This document shows positions 1 through 6,153 of a stretch of DNA of 11,362 nt, piece after piece. Numbering within the stretch: position 1 is the stretch's first letter; each line of letters opens with the position of its first letter. The position numbers and the translations under genes were made by a program. The stretch spans positions 1-11,362 of the forward strand of contig JBIIGV010000094.1 of assembly GCA_044236265.1 (NCBI GenBank), in the 5' to 3' direction. This stretch comes from Oligoflexales bacterium (GTDB taxonomy: Bacteria > Bdellovibrionota_B > Oligoflexia > Oligoflexales > RGVZ01). The notes under the pieces are model-generated. The model was not told where the DNA came from. It did not search any database and saw nothing but the letters and a program-made list of their open reading frames with translations.

Positions 1-2
1 GC

Positions 3-755
3 CGCAGCCTTCTGCCAACAGAAGAGCGTAAGACTCTAAACGAAGACGGCGAAGAAGAAGATCCTCTAAAAACTCTCCAAGACCGCTTGCTGCAATACGA
101 AATGATTCGTCGCGCGGCGGAATGGTTCTCTCAATGTCCGCAGATGGGTGTTGAGATTCAAACTGGTCATGAGCATGAGCGCCTAGCGGAAGTATTCAAA
201 GACGTCGAGACGCCACTCACGGGAGATCCTGCGCGTCTTATTATATTGTACGATCAGATTATGCGTGATCTTGCTGATCGCAAGGCAGCCAAGATTGAAG
301 CCAAAACTCACGGCATTACCCTTGAACAAACCATCGAGCGATTTGGTTCCTATATTGAAACCGTTCGATTTGGCATGTTCCAAGGTCTCTACAATAAATT
401 TAGAAGCCGTTACGATATGGTCGTTCACTTGATGGCGGTCTTGGAACTTTCTAAGCAACAAAAACTTAAAATTTATCAGCAAGACATGATGGGACCACTG
501 TGGTTTTACCGCGGTGACTTGGATGAAAGCGTTTTGCCTGTGGCAAGCCCAACCATCATGCACGATGCCACAACAGATGCTGTAGTGATTGAGGCCACTG
601 GCGAGTCAGTAGCGGAGATCACGACGGGTGACGTTGTAATTGCAGAACTTCCAGAGGGCCCTCTGATGCCGCCGCCGGCAGAAGAGGCACCAACTCTTGA
701 ACTATCGTCTGATGAAGCACAGACCAATTCCGAAACAGCGGAGGTAGATCAATGA
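3..755 (+). CDS. scpA: Segregation and condensation protein A (SMC kleisin), 5'-truncated, with acidic C-terminal tail
   Basis: Frame is open from position 3 (RSLLPTEE...EEEDPLKTLQDRLLQYEMIRRAA), matching the ScpA 'SRxLLP...EEDPR..L..RL..Y...AA' segment, so the TTG at 87 is internal. C-terminal winged-helix motif VVHLMAVLELSKQQKLKIYQQ..GPLW. Directly upstream of scpB with an ATGA overlap. Confidence 0.9.
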   Translation, partial: RSLLPTEERKTLNEDGEEEDPLKTLQDRLLQYEMIRRAAEWFSQCPQMGVEIQTGHEHERLAEVFKDVETPLTGDPARLIILYDQIMRDLADRKAAKIEAKTHGITLEQTIERFGSYIETVRFGMFQGLYNKFRSRYDMVVHLMAVLELSKQQKLKIYQQDMMGPLWFYRGDLDESVLPVASPTIMHDATTDAVVIEATGESVAEITTGDVVIAELPEGPLMPPPAEEAPTLELSSDEAQTNSETAEVDQ

Positions 756-2272
756 CCACTAAAGGCCATGATGACGAAACCACAGTTGAGTCGACAGTTG
801 AATCAACAGTTGAATCGACAGTAAATGAAACAGTCGATCAGACAGTTGAATCTGCAGCGGTATCAGCTGACGAGTCGACCACAGAGACCGCATCTACCGA
901 AGAGGCTGGTATTGAGTTTTCTGTCGAGACAACGGACGCCGTAGGCGAGCCCGTGTTTCCGGAGGAAGAAACCGAAGCGCAACTTGAGGCTTCAGAAGAA
1001 ACAGATCTTGAAACAGATGATGAGTCTGAAGATTCTGAGGATGATGATCTAGACGAGACAGCTGAATTTAGTGATGTAACAGACGAGGAGCCTCTCGTCG
1101 AAACATCCTCGGAGAAAACAGAAGAGCAAACTGATGGTGAGACCACTGAAACCTACGAGCTTCGTGAAGAGCTAACACTTGCTGGAAAGATTGAGTCCAT
1201 TGTTTTTGCATCGCCAAAGCCAATGCGCGCTGTGGAGATCCACGAGCTTTTGGTAGAGCAAGGCTACACGCTAAAAGAAATTCAAGACACCTGTGACGAG
1301 CTTGTTGAGCATTACCGAGACCGCGCTGGCGGCTTTCATCTAAAGTACATTAAGCGCATGGGTTATCAGTTCCAGACGACACCTGCGGCGAAGCCTCTTA
1401 TGGAAAAGCAGTTTTCAAGCCGCCCACGCCCCTTGTCGAGAGCTGCTCTTGAGACCTTGGCCGTTATCGCTTACAGGCAAAAAAAATCCAAGGGCGTCAC
1501 CCGCGCTGAGGTGGAGTTTATCCGGGGCGTTGACGCCGGCTCTATTTTCAAGACACTCGTTGAGCGCAATCTTTTGACGTGTACAGGACGTAAAGAAATT
1601 CCTGGAAGACCCATGATGTTTGGCGTGACCGATGAATTTCTTAAAATCTTCCAGTTGGGGTCGATCAATGACTTGCCGCCGCTGGAAAGCTTCCAGACAC
1701 CGCCTGATGTGCTCCAAGCAGCCAGTGACAAGATTGCAGCCTTTGAGGCTGAGCAAGAAGGCGTTGATACCGAAGTCTTTATTGGTGATGAGGAATATAC
1801 AAACGAGGTTATGAGCCCTGAGGAGTTTAACCCTCTGGCAGCGGAGGCTCCGACCTATGCTCCGACCCTTGATCGCCTCGAAGAGGCAAAAGAGGGCCTT
1901 GAGGCTTCAGCCACCGATACAGCCATAGAGGGCGAGCTAGAGCAGGCTCAAGACTTAGACACAGAAGAATCCAAGGCTGACCTGATCGATGTTCTCAGTG
2001 AAGGACAGGTTGCTTGGGCAGCTCCAGACGTGCATACTGATGAACGTACCATCGAAGGCGCAACCAGTGGCGAGGTGATCCAGTGCCTCGATGCGATTGA
2101 CGACGAAGAATGGGACGACGATGTTCAAGTCGAGATGACTGCAACCGAGGCGCCGGAGACTGAAACCGCGCTTGCTAGCGAGGCTCAACTAGATGAGCGA
2201 GATGAGACTTCAGAAATGGCTCTCCCAATTGGGGATAGCGAGTCGCCGCGAGGCGGAGAAGTGGATCAGTGA
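752..2272 (+). CDS. scpB: SMC-Scp complex subunit ScpB with long acidic N- and C-terminal extensions (506 aa)
   Basis: Core at about aa 141-314: IESIVFASPKP, GYQFQT, LSRAALETLAVIAYRQ, TRAEVEFIRGV, GRKEIPGRPMMFGVTDEFLKIFQLGSINDLPPL. SD GGAGGT at 740-745; ATGA overlap with the scpA stop. Confidence 0.95.
   Translation: MTTKGHDDETTVESTVESTVESTVNETVDQTVESAAVSADESTTETASTEEAGIEFSVETTDAVGEPVFPEEETEAQLEASEETDLETDDESEDSEDDDLDETAEFSDVTDEEPLVETSSEKTEEQTDGETTETYELREELTLAGKIESIVFASPKPMRAVEIHELLVEQGYTLKEIQDTCDELVEHYRDRAGGFHLKYIKRMGYQFQTTPAAKPLMEKQFSSRPRPLSRAALETLAVIAYRQKKSKGVTRAEVEFIRGVDAGSIFKTLVERNLLTCTGRKEIPGRPMMFGVTDEFLKIFQLGSINDLPPLESFQTPPDVLQAASDKIAAFEAEQEGVDTEVFIGDEEYTNEVMSPEEFNPLAAEAPTYAPTLDRLEEAKEGLEASATDTAIEGELEQAQDLDTEESKADLIDVLSEGQVAWAAPDVHTDERTIEGATSGEVIQCLDAIDDEEWDDDVQVEMTATEAPETETALASEAQLDERDETSEMALPIGDSESPRGGEVDQ
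782..853 (+). repeat. In-frame 12-bp tandem repeat, 6 imperfect units (consensus ACAGTTGAATCN), encoding TVES-TVES-TVES-TVNE-TVDQ-TVES
   Basis: Units read directly: acagttgagtcg, acagttgaatca, acagttgaatcg, acagtaaatgaa, acagtcgatcag, acagttgaatct. Confidence 0.9.
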
Positions 2273-3221
2273 AGGTCGACTTGCCGTTAACGGTAAGGTC
2301 GTTCGTGAGCTGGGAACCAAAGTAAATCCTGAATCTGATCGCGTTGCTCTCGACGGAAAAGTCGTGAAAACGAAGGTTCCGCCTAAAGTTTATTGGCTTT
2401 TACATAAGCCCGATAAAATTTTGACAGCGCGCAGTGATGAAATCACGAATAAGCCAACCATTTACGATTTACCGATGGTGGCAAAGGCCAAGTTTTTGGT
2501 CTCTCCTGTCGGTCGCCTTGATTTTCGCACAGAAGGTCTACTGCTACTGACGAATGACGGTGAGCTGAGTTACCGCCTGTGTCGCCCCGAGTATCATGTT
2601 CCGCGCCAGTATCAGGTGCTTTTAAGTGAGCGCCTGACCAAAGAGGAAGAACAAGAGATCAAAAAAGGGATCCTCCTAGAAGATGGACCTGTCAAAGACG
2701 TTAAAATTACTTTTGTTCACGGCACAAACATGGGTGTATCGACAGGTTCCTGGTATCTTGTGACAGTCCACGAGGGGCGAAACCGACTCGTGCGAAGACT
2801 CTTTGAGCACTTTAATAAGCGTGTCGTACGCCTTATCAGAATTGGCTTTGGTGAGATTCGTTTGCCCAGTGATTTGCCGGCTGGTGAGTATCGTCAGCTG
2901 ACGGCCGATGAAGTGTTAACGCTGCGCAAGTCCACAGAGACAGCCAGGGTCATGGATGCGCCAAAACGTGTGTCAGCATCGAAGGCCAGGTCTCTAAGAA
3001 AGCCGCTATCCCAAAAGCTTAAGTCGTCAACTGACAAGTCCATAAAATCCACTGGTCAAAAGCCTGGGGCAAAGCCAGCGAATAAAGTGACGGCCGCCCC
3101 AGCCAAGAAAAAACCTGATCACAATAAATCTCAATCTGCCCGCGTCAGTTCCTCCAAAAAAAGGGGACCACTCACCGGGCCAGCCAAGGGCTCTCGCAGT
3201 CCTTCGTCCAGGAAACCGTAA
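2193..3221 (+). CDS. rluB: RsuA/RluB-family rRNA pseudouridine synthase (S4 domain + catalytic domain) with basic C-terminal tail
   Basis: S4 start MRLQKWLSQLGIASRREAEKWISEGRLAVNG; catalytic motif VGRLDFRTEGLLLLTNDGEL; EGRNRLVRR; LIRIGFG. GAGG at 2180-2183. The scpA-scpB-rluB order is a well-known synteny. Exact paralogue assignment rests partly on that synteny. Confidence 0.88.
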   Translation: MSEMRLQKWLSQLGIASRREAEKWISEGRLAVNGKVVRELGTKVNPESDRVALDGKVVKTKVPPKVYWLLHKPDKILTARSDEITNKPTIYDLPMVAKAKFLVSPVGRLDFRTEGLLLLTNDGELSYRLCRPEYHVPRQYQVLLSERLTKEEEQEIKKGILLEDGPVKDVKITFVHGTNMGVSTGSWYLVTVHEGRNRLVRRLFEHFNKRVVRLIRIGFGEIRLPSDLPAGEYRQLTADEVLTLRKSTETARVMDAPKRVSASKARSLRKPLSQKLKSSTDKSIKSTGQKPGAKPANKVTAAPAKKKPDHNKSQSARVSSSKKRGPLTGPAKGSRSPSSRKP

Positions 3222-3245
3222 GTTAATAAGAGGAATCATCACCCC

Positions 3246-4253
3246 ATGAAACTGGCAACCCTCAGAGACTCCACTCGCGATGGAAAACTCATCGTTGTAT
3301 CCAAAGATAACAAAAAATTTGTCGAAGCCACTGGTGTCGCCAAGACTATGCAGGAAGCTTTAGACAACTGGGACACGGCGAGTCCAAAACTAACGCATCT
3401 GTACCAAGATCTTAATTCCGGCAAGCTTGAAGGCCAGCCCCTTGGTGACATGATCGAAAAGCAAAAGCTCGCAGCACCGCTGCCAAGAGCTTACGAGTGG
3501 ATTGACGGATCAGCTTATATCAATCACGTCGTCTTGGTGCGCAAAGCGCGCAACGCAGAGCCACCAAAAACCTTAAAGACAGATCCTCTGATTTATCAAG
3601 GTGGCTCCGGAGTATTGCTTGGGCCCACAGATCCTATTTACTTGGCCAACTCAGAATGGGGTTGTGACTTTGAATCAGAAGTGGCTGTGGTGTTGGGTGA
3701 TACTCCCCAGGGCACCAAGAAGGAAGATGCAGCGAAGTATATTAAGCTTGTCATGATTGTTAATGACGTGAGTTTAAGAAATTTAATTCCTGCTGAACTT
3801 GAAAAAGGTTTTGGATTTTTCCAAAGTAAGCCTGCTTCAGCCTTTGCGCCGTTTGCAGTTACCCCTGATGAGCTTGGAGATGCCTGGAAAAGCGGCCGGG
3901 TTCATCTTCCCCTTATTACGCACTATAATAGCAAAAAGTTTGGTGATCCAAATGCGGGGCCAGAGATGTTTTTTGGATTTTGTGAGTTGATTGAACACAT
4001 CACAAAGACCAGAGCTTATACGGCTGGAACAATTCTTGGTTCTGGGACTGTGTCCAATGAAGACCGAGCTCGTGGTAGCAGTTGTTTGGCTGAAAAACGC
4101 ATGATCGAGATCATCGACAACGGTAAGGCAGAAACTCCGTTTATGAAACCAGGTGATACGATTGAAATTGAAATGTTTGATAAGTCGGGTCAGTCGATCT
4201 TTGGCAAGATCTCGCAAACAATCACTGGAACGGCAGAGCCCTTGAGACGATAA
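3246..4253 (+). CDS. Fumarylacetoacetate hydrolase family protein
   Basis: MKLATLRDSTRDGKLIVVS start; WIDGSAYINHV, DPLIYQGGS, DFESEVAV, NDVSLRNL, GFGFFQSKP, GTILGSGTVSN motifs; AAGAGGA SD upstream. Confidence 0.9.
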   Translation: MKLATLRDSTRDGKLIVVSKDNKKFVEATGVAKTMQEALDNWDTASPKLTHLYQDLNSGKLEGQPLGDMIEKQKLAAPLPRAYEWIDGSAYINHVVLVRKARNAEPPKTLKTDPLIYQGGSGVLLGPTDPIYLANSEWGCDFESEVAVVLGDTPQGTKKEDAAKYIKLVMIVNDVSLRNLIPAELEKGFGFFQSKPASAFAPFAVTPDELGDAWKSGRVHLPLITHYNSKKFGDPNAGPEMFFGFCELIEHITKTRAYTAGTILGSGTVSNEDRARGSSCLAEKRMIEIIDNGKAETPFMKPGDTIEIEMFDKSGQSIFGKISQTITGTAEPLRR

Positions 4254-4255
4254 CG

Positions 4256-5041
4256 ATGTTAAGACGACTAGGACTGATCATCACCGGTATGTTGATAGCT
4301 TCCTCTCAGGCTTTGATGGCCTACGAGGAAGAAAGCTCTTTTGGGACGATTAATCCCGATGAAGCAGCCCGTCCTGCCGCCGGATATCCTGAAGTCAAAC
4401 AGGCGGAACCAGTCGAAGAACCTGCAGCGTCTGAGCCTCCAGCTCCTGCGCCGCAAAAAGAGCTTCCTAAAGGCCAGCAAGGTACGTCTCAGCAAAGACC
4501 AAAGTACCGCGACTACTACGAGCAGGCATCACGCCGGCAGCGTGGTGGCTATAATGACGAGGAATCTGTGGCCGTGTCTTTAGGTATTGGCTTTGGATTT
4601 AGATATTTTCAGGGAAGCCTAGGCGTTGGAATTCCGATTAATCGCTACATGGCCTGGGGTCTTGGTGGTCAGTACTTTACGCGTGAAGACGACAAAGAGG
4701 CAGAAGTCCGCACCGGTGGTGATTTGTCTTTGATACTGAGGCTACCAAATCCTACGCCGATTGCTCCGTTTTTGACGGCAGGTCCTGGATTTGAATCTTG
4801 GAAACGCTCCAAAGACGAAGCAAATGGCAAAGGTAAAGTGGTCTTTCATGAAGACGATAGCCCAACAGTAAACTGGTCTGTGGGCGCGTCTCTAAGACTT
4901 GCTCGCTATGTGGCTCTAGTGGGGGCATTGAAGTCTACGACTTACACCGACCGTCCACCAAGATTATTTTCTGGTGATCACTCGAAACGTGAGCTTCGCA
5001 CCAACGAACGCTTTGAACTCGGATTTGCATTTATATTTTAG
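4256..5041 (+). CDS. Putative outer-membrane beta-barrel protein with Pro/Glu/Gln-rich N-terminal linker
   Basis: Sec-type signal (MLRRLGLIITGMLIASSQALMA). C-terminal half has alternating hydrophobic/Gly strands (VSLGIGFGF, SLGVGIPI, WGLGGQYF, PFLTAGPGF, WSVGASLRL) and ends ELGFAFIF with a terminal Phe typical of BAM substrates. Confidence 0.65.
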   Translation: MLRRLGLIITGMLIASSQALMAYEEESSFGTINPDEAARPAAGYPEVKQAEPVEEPAASEPPAPAPQKELPKGQQGTSQQRPKYRDYYEQASRRQRGGYNDEESVAVSLGIGFGFRYFQGSLGVGIPINRYMAWGLGGQYFTREDDKEAEVRTGGDLSLILRLPNPTPIAPFLTAGPGFESWKRSKDEANGKGKVVFHEDDSPTVNWSVGASLRLARYVALVGALKSTTYTDRPPRLFSGDHSKRELRTNERFELGFAFIF

Positions 5042-5054
5042 GAAAGGGATTTTT

Positions 5055-5987
5055 ATGTCAGATGCAATGAAAACTCTCGCCATGTTTCCTGGACAGGGAA
5101 GTCAGTATGTGGGTATGGCTAAGATGCTTTTGGAAGAGTTTCCTTACACAAAAGTCATTTATGAAGAGGCAGAAGAAGCTGCCAAAGCTCCCATCAAAAA
5201 GCTTTGCCTTGATGGTCCAGAAGGTGATCTTAAGCTTACCGCAAATACGCAGCCTTGCATTGTGACGACAAGCATTGCGACATGGAAGGTGATGGTTCAG
5301 GAAAAAGGCTTTAAGGCTGACATGTTTGCTGGCCATAGTCTGGGTGAGTATTCAGCACTGGTTGCTGCAGACCGCCTCAAATTTGCAAAAGCCATTAGCC
5401 TTGTGCGCGCCCGTGGTATGGCGATGCAAAAGGCTGTGCCTGAGGGGCAAGGAGCGATGACGGCTGTGTTGTCACTTGAGGCGGCGCGCCTTGAAGATTT
5501 TTGCAAAAAAGCCAGTAAACCTGGCGAAACGGTAGAAGTCGTTAACTATAACAGTCCACAGCAGCTTGTGGTGGCAGGTGCAGCGCCTGCGGTTAAACGT
5601 CTAGAAGAGGCTTTAACGGCAGAGTCTGTTAAGTTTGTCTCCCTAGCCGTATCTGCGCCCTTTCATTCATCTATGATGAAGCCAGCGCGCGAGGATATGA
5701 CGCCATTACTGAAGGCAACTGAGTTTGCAAATAACGATACCCGCATCATTCCAAACTTTTCGGCGGAGATCACATCGGCCTACGGCGCAGACTTTTTGAT
5801 TCAGCAGATCGATAGTCCTGTTAAATGGACACAGACGATCGAAAAGGCAAACATGGCTGGCATGACTCAGTACGTGGAGGTAGGACCTGGCAAAGTCCTG
5901 TGGGGCCTAGCGCGCAAGATTTTACCAAAAGGTGACTTTAAGCTTGCCCACACCGATAACGTCAAAGATTGGATTGGCGCTGTTTGA
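5055..5987 (+). CDS. fabD: Malonyl-CoA:ACP transacylase (310 aa)
   Basis: FPGQGSQ, NTQP, catalytic GHSLGEY, NYNSPQQLVVAG, VSAPFHS, EVGPGKVL. Start moved from 4974 to ATG 5055, which follows AGGAAAGGG at 5040-5048 and avoids overlap with the upstream gene. Confidence 0.96.
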   Translation: MSDAMKTLAMFPGQGSQYVGMAKMLLEEFPYTKVIYEEAEEAAKAPIKKLCLDGPEGDLKLTANTQPCIVTTSIATWKVMVQEKGFKADMFAGHSLGEYSALVAADRLKFAKAISLVRARGMAMQKAVPEGQGAMTAVLSLEAARLEDFCKKASKPGETVEVVNYNSPQQLVVAGAAPAVKRLEEALTAESVKFVSLAVSAPFHSSMMKPAREDMTPLLKATEFANNDTRIIPNFSAEITSAYGADFLIQQIDSPVKWTQTIEKANMAGMTQYVEVGPGKVLWGLARKILPKGDFKLAHTDNVKDWIGAV

Positions 5988-6153
5988 TTGGTTTCCGAGC
6001 GGAGACTGCATGGCAAGACAATATTGCCAGTCTGGTCATAGCCTCGGCAAATTCGATTTGTTACTAAGTATGACTTTACTTACGGATGAGGTTCAGTCTT
6101 AAATAAAGGACGTAACCATTCATAGTTTGTAAATTTTTAGTTCGGAGAGCTGA

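Noticed and set aside
87..89. TTG start for scpA given by the ORF track
   Set aside because: The frame is open to the window edge and encodes conserved ScpA sequence upstream, so the gene is 5'-truncated.
782..853. Possible CRISPR array
   Set aside because: 12-bp units are contiguous with no spacers, lie in frame within scpB, and no cas genes are present.
983..1910. 13-bp repeat CTTGAGGCTTCAG at 983-995 and 1898-1910 in the two ScpB arms
   Set aside because: About one 13-mer match is expected by chance in a window of this size, more so in compositionally biased coding DNA.
2269..2325. 18-codon GTG-initiated ORF overlapping the scpB stop (GTGA) in the third frame
   Set aside because: Very short, entirely inside the rluB S4 coding region, with no independent support.
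4974..5054. 27-aa N-terminal extension of fabD
   Set aside because: Overlaps the barrel gene; ATG 5055 has a good SD and gives the normal FabD length.
183..5506. Antisense and alternate-frame ORFs inside scpA, scpB, rluB, FAH, the barrel gene and fabD (e.g. Ser-rich 838-1146)
   Set aside because: Shadows of well-supported genes; the Ser-rich products are the expected reverse complement of Glu/Asp codons.
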